A stretch of DNA of 64,000 bases from Dimorphilus gyrociliatus (taxonomy: Eukaryota > Animalia > Annelida): the NCBI GenBank assembly GCA_904063045.1, contig CAJFCJ010000034.1:124001-188000 (forward strand). The letters run 5' to 3'. Position 1 is the stretch's first letter; each line of letters starts with the position of its first letter. The notes beneath the pieces were generated by a model that did not search any database, was not told the DNA's origin, and saw only the letters and a list, made by a program, of their open reading frames with translations. Below, piece after piece: positions 51,801 through 64,000 of this stretch. The position numbers and the translations under genes were made by a program.

Positions 51801-54800
51801 CTCCTATTCTACGTTCAAATAGAGATTGTGTCGAAGACTTTTTAGATTTTACAAGATACAGTAAATCAGATTCTGATTGTTCTGCATTTGATTCTAAAAA
51901 TGGGTTTTCATCAAGATTTTGTAATAAAGATTACACTATAACTGTTTGCCAAAAGGATTATGGTAATGCTACTTGAAGTGTTTCTATTAAAGAACCAAAT
52001 ATAACGTTCTTATGAATAATCTTTATATTCAATTTCATAGAAAATTTAACTATTCCAACGATGGATTTAATAAATTCTCCAGAAATTGGCGTTTGTCCTA
52101 AAAACTCTTTCTTCTGTAGAAGGGATAAAATATGCATAAATTCAATAAATCAATGTAACGATAAAGTTGATTGTTCAGATGGAGAAGATGAAGAAAACTG
52201 TTCAAATCCTAAATATTTTATCTGTGAAAATGGGAATAGAATACTTGTTCAGTTTGTTTGCGATTATATTGCGGATTGTTCAGAAAAAGAGGACGAAGAA
52301 GATTGCGGTTTGTTATGAAAAAAATCATATTTTCACCCATCTATAACAACTAAATGTTATTTAAAATCATATTTTCTAGAGTTTCAAACATGTGTAGATT
52401 CTTCATTGTAAGAAGTTTTAATACAATAAAGCACTATCCTTCAAAGTCTATCAACTATTTCAACAATAATAGATTTCAATGTCAAAATTCTCAGTGTATT
52501 CCAAAGATACATCGTTGTAATGGTGATAGAAATTGTTTTGATACTTCAGATGAAATTTGTAATGGTAAGAGGAAAAGAAAAGTCATAATGACAATTAGAA
52601 TATCAATAATATAATTTACTACATAAATTCAATAGAATGTGATAAAGGTTTCTTTCATTGCGACGACAAATGTCTTCCTTATTCTTTCGTTTGCGATTTT
52701 AAACAAGATTGTAAACTAAACACTGATGAAACTATGGAAATGTGTTTTACAAAGTTTGGAAGCCTTATACAATTTCGTAATTTATATTCATTAGCTTTAC
52801 TTTATAAACGTAATATCTATTCAAGTACAAGCATTTATATTTTAGACTCAGACTGTTCTCAGTTTGTACGAAAGACAAACGGATTGCCACTATTCGACCC
52901 AAGTAAATATTCTTTTGATAAACCTGATTATACAAAAACTGTTTGCACTTTGGAATATGATTCGTTATCTCGAATGAAAACAAGACCATACAAACCGTAT
53001 AACCATTTGAAAAAATGTATAAATCATAAATGCTCATTGGGAGAATTTAAATGCATTGAAGAAGGATATTGTATATCTATTCGGAATGTTTGCGATGGTA
53101 TCAATCATTGTTCTTTAGGAGAAGACGAACGTCATTGCGGTATTCTCGCAAATCATTATTTTACAGTTATTCTTATTTCTAAATTGAAACATGATGTTGC
53201 ATTGCAGAGAGATTTAAACCTAAAGGCTTTTTCTTGTGCAAAATGAATAAGACTTATGTAAATATAAGTAACGTTTGCGACGATATAGTTGATTGTTTTG
53301 ATGGATCGGATGAAATGTACTGCAATGTATTCTTTCAATGTCCTTACAACTGCATTTGTAAGACTAGTTTTCAAGTCGAGTGCAATTTTCTCGATAAAAT
53401 TGAAAACAACGTGAACATTTGGACGAAAATTTTCGTAAAGACGCTAACAATCAATGGTGGAAGGCGTCTAAACGAAACGTTACATTTCTTCAATAATCTC
53501 TCTTTAGTTTATCTGAACGTTTCGAACAGTTTGATTGATTTGAACGAATTGAAGGATTTTTATCCAAATCTTGTTATTCTGGATTTAAGCTATACGAAAC
53601 AAACATTAATAAATTCCAGTCATTTAAAAACTTATAAGAAACTGCAAAATCTAATTCTGGAAGGAAATTTGTTGAAAGTTTTAGATTCGACTACGTTTTT
53701 TAATGAAAAAATGAAATTTCTCGATTTATCTAAAATGGAAATTGAAAATATCAAAGAAAATTCATTTTCAACATTAAATCAATTAACTCATTTGAAAATA
53801 TCGAATTCATTAATTCAGAATATTGATGATAATAGTTTTAAATCGATTTCTAATCTAAGAGTATTACATTTGAATAATACTATATTATCTAGAAATGAAC
53901 GACTACTGTTCATAAAACGTTTACAATCTATTAATACTATTTATACGGAAAATAGTCTGATTTGTTGCATTGCTTGGAAATTTTGTAAACATTTAAGAAT
54001 TTGTCTATCAAATAATAATAAAATATATAAAATATCTAATTGTCAAAATATAATTAAATCAGATTTTTTAAGGATTTTCATAAGATTTTCAATGGTTTTT
54101 GTATTTATAGAGAATTTAATCATTCTCTTATTAATAATTTTCTTTAAAAGGAAATTATTCAATCCAATAAAGATTGGAATTATCTTCTCAGATATGATTT
54201 TAAGTTTTCAATTATTAACTTTGTTATTGGTTGATATTCGCTTTACAAACACAATATTCAATAGCTATAAACATTTTCATGTTTACGAAAGTGTTTCTTG
54301 TTATTTAACAATAATATTTGAATATTACTATTATTTTGGTTCTTGTTTATTTATAACATTACTTTTTCGTGTTTATCTACAAAAATCACGTGAAAATATT
54401 AGATTAAAGATGATTTTTATCCAATTATTTTTAATGATAGTAATAATATTCAAGTGTTTCTTTTCTATTCATAATTTTCAATTCTGTTCATTTTTATGTT
54501 ATAAATTTAAAGAAAATGATAGAACGTTGTTGTTTAACGTTTTAAATGGAATTTTAATAGTTTTATTATATTTTCTATGCATTTCGATGAACATTAATTT
54601 TTTGATAACAAAAATAAAGGAATTATCGAATTGGAAAAGGATATTCTTGGAATGTGAAGGATTTTTCTATATTTCTATTGTTATAAGGGAAATATTTACG
54701 TATTTATTAATAATTCCAAGTAAACAATATCTTTTATTGATAAATCAATGTGTTTTATACATAAATTTCAATTTTCAGCTTTACTTAAACAATTCATTAT

Positions 54801-55476
54801 TGATGATGAAAATATTGAATTATGGTGTCACTATATTCAAATTGTAATAATGCCAATTCTAACAAGTCTAACAGGTTCTACGTTACTTTATAAGGAAATT
54901 CGAAATCTTATAGAAATTTCAAAGAGAGAAATAAATTTGAAAAGGTTAAAAAGTTCTTTTTCTTTCTCTTTATGAAATAATCTTGAAGAATTTCTCTTTA
55001 GAATCGAACTAGTAAGGGAAAATAAGGAGAAAAGTAAACAATAATTAACATTCTTTTTCTTATATTTTTAATTTATGATAATTTATTCATGAAGTGTTGA
55101 AATTTGTCAAATTGTTCACTTGTACATCTATTAAATCATCTTTAAAGCATATTCATTTAAAGAAGAAGAATTGTACCATAAATTTAAAAATGATATATTT
55201 TCATTACAAAAGGCTCGGTAGTATTCTTTATAGATGTCATTGTTGTCAATTTTCAATATCTGGTAAATATTTTGGAGTGTTTACTCAAAGAAAGGTCTTT
55301 TTTGTTTTACACCGGCTTAACCTACTTTAATCTTAGTTTTTCTCTATATTTAGATGGAATTAATGAATATTCATCAGCTAAATTTCATTAATTTAACCGA
55401 TGAAAAGAATGATATTAAATGGTTTGGTTTATATTTAAAACAGAGTTTACAAGGTTACTTTAGGCATAATGAATAA
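45876..55476 (+). CDS. GRL101/LGR-like receptor paralog R4; divergent 7TM, tail apparently disrupted, 3.7-kb TE-filled intron (48097-51822)
   Basis: Signal MLCFLIFNLFQFCLQIYC; ICKNMGYDHL; six LDLa at 52090-53330; LRR; seven hydrophobic segments; aac ag|a gat tgt splices in frame across the TE intron. Confidence 0.7.
48400..51469 (+). mobile_element. Degenerate, 5'-truncated BEL/Pao LTR retrotransposon (protease, RT, integrase, 3' LTR)
   Basis: DAGSQ protease; WYIPHHGV, VVFDC, ADIKKMF, VFGATSS, FYVDD; NPADLGTR; HHCC zinc finger; GVDHAGP, SPQRGGLWESLVK; in-frame stops; RNase H region deleted. Confidence 0.93.
51312..51469 (+). repeat. Putative 3' LTR (TGTTAG...TTCAACA) preceded by polypurine tract 51299-51311
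   Basis: AGGAGGGGGGGAG immediately before TG; the end coordinate is inferred from AACA. Confidence 0.6.
51470..51628 (+). mobile_element. Tc1/Tc3-type transposase fragment
   Basis: WSKVIFTDEARFSLSGPDDFHTW matches the first-Asp motif W.KVIFSDE.KF.L.GPDG of Tc1-family transposases. Confidence 0.7.
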
Positions 55477-55757
55477 TAAATTCAATATTCAAGTTATCGT
55501 TATCATTAAATGATTAAATAATTTAATTTATTTGATATAAGAGTCTTTTGTAATATCATGGTTCAGCTTCACCTAACCTATACGCCTTATTGGCTATCCA
55601 TCTTAAATTTATTGAAAGTTTCTAATAACAATGGCTGCCGAAGCCTGTCTCCGTAGTCCACGGATTGCATTCATACATTCATACAACACACTCTCTTATT
55701 CAATTGAAATTATTAAGAAACACTTTATTTTTAACAATGCATTCAAATTCTTCTTAG

Positions 55758-58700
55758 TTAAACCCTGTCTTCGCTAGAAAAGGTTGTAAGTTTTTTCTTT
55801 TGGAGTATTATACGAAAGAAACTCCCGAGTACAAAGATATCTTCTTTCTCATTCATCACATTTAACGGCGCAAAATCAATTCCATGAATGCTAAACGTAA
55901 AATCAGACGACCTTGACTTCTAAATGTTATTTATTTAATTGAATAAAGAAAAAACAGATATAATCTATGTTTATAGAATACAAACCGCTTTATAAATCAT
56001 ATCTTTTGAGAATTTTCCATTCATAGATAATTTATGTTTATGGCAATATTTTAGAGCCGTTGTTAATTGTTTAATACAATAGAAATAGGTCAAATTTTCA
56101 TAAAATTCTAAATTGAATTCCATATAGTTTGATATATTCGTATTTGGTTTAATTAGAATAAAATTATTATCGTAATTCTTTAGAAATTCTATAACTGTGA
56201 GAAAGAAACAAACGATTTCTTTCAAAAGAAAACATTTAATACAATAATGGAAATAATTAACAATTTGCCGTTAAAGTTGATTGAAAATCTTCGAAATGCT
56301 TTAATCTATTAAAAAAATAAATATAGAATATTGTTAATTTCATATAAAAGAGGTTATATAATACCTTTGAATTTTTGATTTTTGCTTCCTTTTTCTATAT
56401 TCTCTTAATACTCCACCAAATGAATATATAAATGGATTAAGGACGCAATTTATTGGAACAAGGACAGTAACAAACCAAATGTATACATCATTATTAATTA
56501 TTAATTTAAATATCACGGAATAGAATCCTTAATGAAATAGAAACCGTATATTATATTAACTACGATATATAGACTGTATCATTGAAGTCGACTGGAAAAC
56601 GTCTATTATATTTTAAGGTTATGGTTAGGGTTAAATACGGACGTTTTCCGTCGAATCCATTAATCCTTTCTTCTATTTACCAACTAATGTTATAGGAAAC
56701 CAACAAAGTACATTTGTTAAGATTATTACGTAAATTGTTAAATTGTAATCGAGTTATTTGTGGTATTTTTGCTATGTTTAACACTGTTAAACTGTTAAAC
56801 TTTAATCTACTTGCTCGAACTATTCTTAAAATATCCAAATATAGAATAATAACCAACAATGATAAAATGAACATAAACATTCCGAATACGACGAATGAAT
56901 ATAACCATCCCTCCGATCTATCGCTTCTTATATGAATTTTAAAACAGATAGGATTTTGGGAAAAATAACTCTTTTGGTTGAAACAATTTTAGTAATTAGT
57001 TAATTAGTTAATTAATTAATTAATTAGGATATATTTCATTTTACCGAATATAAATAATGCGGTAAATTACCAACTATTACTGAAAAGCATACAGAACATA
57101 GGCATACTATAATTATCGATTTGATTGACATATGATGTGTTATTGGATGTTTTATTGCACGGTGTCTTTCAACACTTAGTAAAAGTAGATTTATTGCAGA
57201 AAGTAATAGTGCAGTATTAAAGACACCACCGATAATTTTACATGTTATACCAAATCTCCATTCTTCGTCGTGTATTATAAAATTTCCCCTAAAATAAAAA
57301 TCCGCAATTCCAATTGCAATAAAATAGCATGACGTCATAAAATCTCCTATAGTTAAAAAGATTTCAAAAGAATTCCTTAATTTTGTCATTTTCAATATTC
57401 TATAGGATAGGGAAAATATATTTCCAAAAAAGCCTAATATTCCAATTATCCATACTGCCGTTTGAATAAGCTTATTACCCAATAAATTTGAACAGGTATT
57501 TAACATTGATTTATTTGGAACACAATTTCCAGAATTTCCATAATATTTCCACATCAAACAACATAATTTATAATAATTTCCAATGATCTTTTCGATTTTA
57601 TATAGATATTTAATGGCGTATATTCCTCTTTCAGATGGAAAAATTGTATTATTCATTAAAAGTTTCCTTAATTTTCCAAATGATTTAAATGCAATTTCAT
57701 CTAAATATTTTATAAAACAATTGTGAAAAGTTAAACTTTTCAATTTTGTTAAATTTTTAAAGATATATTTAGAAAATATTGAAATTTTTGTACTTGAAAT
57801 ATCAAGGTATAATAAATTTAAATAAATACTAAAAGTAAAATTTAAAGGTATATTTAAAGGATTAAATGATAAATCTAAATATTGCAGATTATTCATTTTC
57901 CAATTTTCAAGAAAACTAACATTTGTTAGAAAGCTATGTCTTAGATTTAAAGATATTAAATTAACAAATATTGATGATAGTACAAACTGTTTAAAAAGAC
58001 AATTTTCAATTGATAAAATAGCAATACTATTGAATTTCACTCCTTGAAATGATAATTCGGTATTTTTTATATTCAACTGCTTATATCTTGATGATGAATG
58101 TATTGTTAAAATTTCATAATTCATCTTTATTGGGAGGATACAATCAAGTATATAAAGTATAGAACAACTACAACCAATTGGGCAATTGGCTTCATTCGAA
58201 CAAAATAATTCATCGCTACCTTCTATACAATTAATGATACTATTACAAACTTGAGTGATATTTATGAATTTCTTTTGATTTTTACATTTAAAATATCCGT
58301 AAGGTAGAAAATTCTCTTTTATTAAACGATATACAAATATACAGTATTCACTAATTGTTTTATTAATATCTTTTAATTACCGCAATCACTTTCATCTTCT
58401 CCGTGAGAACAATGATTTATACCATCACATACTTGTTCAACGGATATACAATATTTAAAGTGTTTACAGAAAAATTCACCAGGTTTACATAAATTTTCCA
58501 TATTACAATTACTTAAATCGCCAAAAGGAAAGTGTACTTTTGTCTCCAAGTTACCTTTAGAATTGTACAGAACCCTACATCTAGTCTTTTTCGCTCTGAA
58601 CAGTTGATTGCGAGTTGGCCTAAATTATGTAGGATAAATATAATAATTAGCAATACTACTACATTATTATATAGTTAGAACCATTTCTTATTTCTATCGA

Positions 58701-60261
58701 TTAAATAGCTGAAACAGTACTCTAGCGGTTCGTCACTACTATCCCAGCAATGATTTTGAAAGTCGCATTGAAAAGTTTTACTATGGCATTTATCGTCGCA
58801 AATGAATTGATAACTACCGGAACAATCTACATTGGAAATCAACGGAAAAATCTATTATCAATTAAAAAAAACAAAAGAATTGATAACGTTCTATTATATA
58901 CTATAGAGATAATTATCAAGAATCTCCAAATTAGTTTCCTCATCTAATCGAATTTCACAATTCTCATCAGTTAAATCAATACAATTATATTCATTATCGC
59001 AGTATTGTTGGGTATCATTTAAACATTGATGATTTCCGCATCTGTTTAAAAGTTGATTTCATTTCATATACAGTATAAAGAATATAAACAGAGAGAAAAT
59101 GATAGAAACTGTAAATTATCTGGGCAAAAATCTCTTTCTGCATATTTGAAGAAAACAAACAGTATTATTAATTTAATGCAACAACTTTTAGTACTATTAT
59201 TCATATTTAACCGCAAAGCTCTTCGTCTGATTTATCTAAACAATCGTATTTAAAATCGCAAACCAATTGAAATGGTATCTTCCCTGATCCATTATTACAA
59301 AAATAGTATTGGATTCTATTACAGTTTTCTTCGTCTTCTCTTGATGGACAATCAATCTCTCCATCGCAACGATATACACCTGCTATACATATTCCATCGT
59401 TTTGGCAAAAGAAACTTGGCAATGTACATAGAGTAAAATTTTGAACAGATAGGAACTTGTTGAATGGCGGATAAATTTCATTTTCTATTAGAGATAATAG
59501 AGATAATCATTTAATTATTATATTTATATATACTGTATATCAATTTGAATCAATTACTAAGTAATTTTTGACATATGAATAGATAAATATCTTTCTTTTT
59601 ACAAGATGTTGAAGTTATTAGACGAGCTTTTGTAAATGAATTTGTTATATCTAAAAATTCGAAATAGAGACAGTCTTGATTCAAATTGTAAAAGTTTTGT
59701 CTATGAGAAAGGAGAAGGAAATATGCAGAATCTGCAGGAAAAAGACGTTTATCTTCGTACTCTGTCTGAATTTTAATAATGAATGTATGAGAGAGAGAGA
59801 GAAGTTAAACTTTTGTTATCAACTTACTATATTTGATAAAAGTTGACTTATAAAATTTAGTGGTCATTTTGATGGCGATAATCTAACAGCATCCTTTCCA
59901 GCAATTTTTTCAGTATGAAACACTACGGAAGATTGCGAAATATCAAAAAAACAAGAATTGTTTTCATTATTAAAATGTAATACAAACTGGTACTTATAAG
60001 ATTTCTATTAATTAAAGAATATCTATTAATTTCATGAAGTTTAATTTCTTGAAGCTTAAGCATAATATCCCAAAAAACTGTGTCCAATACGGGAAATTCA
60101 TCAATTGTTGTATAGTTTCTTTTGTCACATTCATTCTTAACTTGATTATGACTGATAGGAAGAGGTGAATGTATAATAAGATAGCAAGTATCCATTATTT
60201 TATAACTTTCATTATAAGGACTAAACAGAACGTTATATACTAACGTTCCGTTCACATTACA
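55758..60261 (-). pseudogene. GRL101/LGR-like receptor paralog R5, cut by the LTR element at 60261/60262 and carrying frameshifts near 56730 and 56255
   Basis: CTL exon, six LDLa, LRRs, GNIF, LTIGDF, SVERH, LCWFP, INCVLNPFIY, kinase-like tail; 5' part lies beyond the element. Confidence 0.8.
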
Positions 60262-60565
60262 TGATATGAGTGAATGTGTGTTAGTGTGCGAGTGTCAGTG
60301 TCTGAGCGTCACTTAAGAAGGGAGTTTGACTTAGCCCAGAGTCGGGACAGTCCAACTTGATGTTATGCCACATCGTTGATAACGACGTGGCATGAACGTG
60401 GCATGAATGTGGCAATACAGATGAGCACAGTCAAACACCCAATTAAGTGACACTAACAAAGTATAAAAGGGAGTGAATGTAATAGAACGGTGTGAGAGAC
60501 CAAAAGAATATCAAATAAAATTTATACGAAATTCTTAGGAATTTCGTGCTATAAGCGAAAAACAA
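60262..60565 (+). repeat. Putative 5' LTR; right end approximate
   Basis: Starts TG exactly where the host exon stops; contains TATAAAAG (~60462) and AATAAA (~60515); Gag ATG at 60611. Confidence 0.6.
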
Positions 60566-63500
60566 AATCTTATAAAGTATAAATTTTATTTGGTTCTGGA
60601 ACAACTAGTGATGGCAAGGAACCCACAAAAGATGAATGTGGCACAGAAGCTGGAAACAGTGAACAGGTGTATGGGACACACCAAGAGAGGTCTGGAAGAT
60701 GGACGCTACACAAGAGGTCTGATTAAGATGAGATGCTTCACAGCAGAGAAGTTGCTGGATGAGTGGCAAGAGTCATTCACTGAAGAAATGGAAGACCGAG
60801 TAGCAGAAACCAGAAGAAAAATAAAGAAATATCTTAAGACAGTTGAACAGGGTTACTCACCCAAAGTCGAATACCCACAAGGAATGAATGTGAGGGATGA
60901 TATTGAGAAAGAAGATGTCGAAGCTGACATCAAAAATATATATATAGGAGCAGCTGGAAGCGTGTTTGAAAAGAATAGTTCAAGAAGTAGCAGTTGCTCT
61001 AGTGAGAGAAACACTTCCTCAGGAAAGAGAAAGAGAGAGATGCATGGAAGCATAAATGATGAAGACAGTATAGAAATGGCAGCTGAGCAGGCAAAGGATG
61101 GAAAAAAGAAACCCATTAGGCCAGACACACAAAGCCGGGCAGAAAGGCAAAGCGTAAGCGTTTTTGATAAAATGGTAGAGGACAGTGACAATGACGAAGT
61201 TGATACTACCCCGAGAGGGGATGATACTCTCCCATATGACATGAATAGAGAAGGATGGTGGATGGGAGAAAAGGAGAATGTATTGGCTGAGTTAGGCGAA
61301 ATGATAGAAATGGAAAGAAGAGTGAGAAAAGATGAGACAGCTCGATTCGAAGCCAGACAAAATGAGAAAGAGAACAGGCTAAAGGAAGAGCTGGAAGAAA
61401 GAGATCATCAGTTGTCTGTGTTGGTGAAAGCTACTATAAGCAGTAGAGTAGAAAGCATGGAAGCAGAGACAAGAAAGGAAAATAACAAATTACATGAAAA
61501 ATTGGAGATGGTCCAGGAAAAAATGGAAAGGCTAGAGGCCCAAATGGCAAAGATGACAAGCGAGCAAAGAATGGGTACGCCAGCAAAAACAGAAAGAAGA
61601 GAAAGTATAATCCCGAATACCACAATTCTGTTCGAAGGAGAGCCCAAAATGTTTGAAGGTTTTATAGTAAGGCACGAAAGCATTCTGGCTAGGTATGGCG
61701 AGGTTGAGGAATGGGAGAAATTTGAACTGCTGTATACTCAACTAAGTAACGATGTGAAGAAAGATATTAGAAGATTCAGATACTCACCCAAGGAAGGCTA
61801 CAAGAGCGTGATGAAATTCCTTAGGCTACGATACGGTGAGGTAAAAAGCAAGTGTACTGATGCGTTTACAAGATTGGAAAGGTTGGGCAGAATAAAAGAT
61901 GGCAATATCTATCAGTTAGAGGAACTATCCCAGATCCTGACAGAGGTGTATGGAGACTACGAGGACCGGAATGACTTAGATAATGGACAATTGGAAGCAA
62001 TGCTTGTGGTTATCAGTAAATTCAATATGAGTGCTCAGTTGAGAGCTGAATGGAATAGTGAGCAAACAAGAGCAAAAATGAGCCTATCCATGGCAGATAT
62101 GATATCATTTATGGAGGCCCAACACCAAGGACTGGCAAGAGCGATAGGCCAGCAAAAGAGGGTGACTACTGAGAGTAGAAACGAACACGACGATGGAAAG
62201 AAAAGGGAGCAAGGGTGCTACTCGTGCGAAAAACGCATCTCTTGAGAAATTGCCCACAATTCAAGAGAATGGATATAGAGGGTCGTAACAGGCTTGTGAA
62301 AAAATTGGGACTTTGCGATAATTGTATGACGAACAGCCATAACGTAGCCGAATGCTGGAAATTGAAATGTAGGACATGCAGGGCAGCAAAAAGTTACTTC
62401 TTGCATCATTGTCAAAAGAAGGTCGCCCCAAAGGTCATGATGGTAAAGGCCCCGAGAATCGAGAAAGAGCATGGGATGACTGCATTGGAACTGCCTGCCA
62501 AAAAGGGTAACCTAGTAATAATACAGGATACTGGAGCGGACATGTCAATCATCACGGAGAAAGCAGCAAAAAGAATAAATGCGAGGCCTATAGAGATAGT
62601 GGAAATCGAACTTGCAATGATGGGGAGAGTAGAGAAACACAAGGCTATGAGGTATGAGTTTGAAATCAAGGGAAGATGCCTGGAAGCTTTAGAATACCCG
62701 GAGATCGCCGTAATAAGCCAAAATGCTATAACGACAGAGGAACGAAAGAGATGGCCATATTTAAAGGACATCCCCATCCCGCAACTGGAACGCAGACAAG
62801 TAGACCTGCTGTTAGGATGCGACTATGCAGACTTGATCGCACCCAGGACAATATTGGAAGGAGATGTGAATGAGCCAATTGCCATGCTTTCAAAACTAGG
62901 ATGGTCAATAACAGGATGGAAATTAGAAAAAGGGAGGCAGGCAAAAGTATCTTTGATATTAAAGGGGGATAGCTCAAAGGAACAAAAGCTAACTCTAAGA
63001 GATGAAGAATGGGTAGAAAAGTTGGATAAGAACATATCCTTCAAAGATGGAAAGGTATACGCCCCCATTCTGTTCAATGGTGATGAGAAGGAGCTGCGGT
63101 GTAACAGATATATGGCATACAAAAGGTTGGAGGGCCTACAAAAAAGGTTCACAAGAGATAAACAGTATGAGGAACAATATGATGAAGGCATCATGGACTA
63201 TATAAACAAGGGTTACGCAAGAAGAAAGGGAGAAAAGGACATAATAAAATGGTTCATACCACATCACGGCGTAGCGAATCCGAATAAGAAAGGATTGCGA
63301 ATAGTATATGATTGCGCAGCAAAATACTATGGGCTGAGCATTAATGATACAATATCAACAGGCGGGAGGTTAGTGGGAGACATACCTTCTTACATTGACA
63401 AATTGGAGGAGTGGGAAGCACTATCTAATAGGAGACATAAAAGCGATGTTCCACCAAGTAAACCTTAAAGAAGTGGATCAACAGTACTTTGGTCTACTTT

Positions 63501-64000
63501 ACTGGCCCCCTGGAAAGCCAAAGTCAAGAGGCAATATAGTAGAGTATCTCATGACAAGACATGTATTTGGGGCAAAAGATAGTCCTTACGTAGTATCAGC
63601 AACCCTGAGAAAGGTGTTGAAGGCCTCTCGCTTGTCAAGAGAGGAGAGGGAAGAGATAACAAGAAGTTTTATGTGGACGACCTTATATTGGCATCCAATG
63701 ACGAAGATTACCTAAGGGAAGTGTTAGGGAAGGTGTTGAAGGCTCTCGATAGCTACTTCACGCTTACAAAGCTGGCGACGAACTCGATAGAAATTAGAAA
63801 GACCATCCCACCTGAAAGGAGAATTTATGATTACCCAGAAAAGGTGTTGGGCATTAAATATGAAGGAAAAGAGGATAAACTGTATTGGATAATACAGAAG
63901 AAGACATTAGAGCTCAAGGCTACTTGGAGAGACATGTTAGGGGCAGTGGCAAGCATTTATGATCCCCTTGGATTAATAAACATTGTGATGAGCAAATTAA
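60262..64000 (+). mobile_element. BEL/Pao LTR retrotransposon, 5' LTR plus gag-protease-RT, continuing past the window end
   Basis: Gag with three Cys-His knuckles (CYSCEK-THLLRNC, CDNCMTNSHNVAEC, CRTC...FLHHC); DTGAD protease; WFIPHHGV, IVYDC, GDIKAMF, VFGAKDSP, FYVDD, SIYDPLG. Confidence 0.95.

Noticed and set aside
60591-60610. TGGTTCTGGAAC as a primer-binding site
   Set aside because: Could not match it to a tRNA 3' end I can verify, and the LTR end is uncertain
60853-63194. Several minus-strand ORFs over the retroelement (also 48442-51231)
   Set aside because: Antisense shadows of purine-rich gag-pol sequence
1-64000. CRISPR arrays, rRNA genes or prokaryotic operons
   Set aside because: None seen; repeats are microsatellites, segmental copies or domain repeats in spliced genes

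Overview
Eukaryotic (animal, probably lophotrochozoan) DNA, AT-rich with short introns of about 50-80 bp. A compact-genome annelid such as Dimorphilus would fit, but that is only an inference. From left to right: (1) 1-8220 is a GC-richer, apparently exact 5493-bp tandem duplication. The unit holds a 5'-truncated arsenite methyltransferase (AS3MT), a Cys-rich GPI-type protein, a small secreted propeptide and the 3' part of a caspase-like gene lacking both catalytic residues. (2) 9-20 kb holds more of the Cys-rich family, two tRNA-iMet, an unusual tRNA-Ile(GAT), a LamG-domain gene and an intronless, bacterial-looking membrane protein. (3) 20-60 kb holds five paralogous GRL101/LGR-like receptors with the layout signal peptide, SRCR-like, C-type lectin, 6 LDLa, LRR, 7TM. 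All five end in a degenerate kinase-like tail, which is the most interesting signal in the window. The paralogs share near-identical patches, and most are damaged by deletions, stops or LTR insertion. Interspersed are a ZYG-11/ZER1-like LRR gene with a partial duplicate, tRNA-Thr(AGT), NAPE-PLD and a two-domain three-finger protein. (4) Two BEL/Pao retrotransposons and a Tc1-type transposase remnant sit inside receptor genes. Gene models were spliced by eye, and no database search was run.
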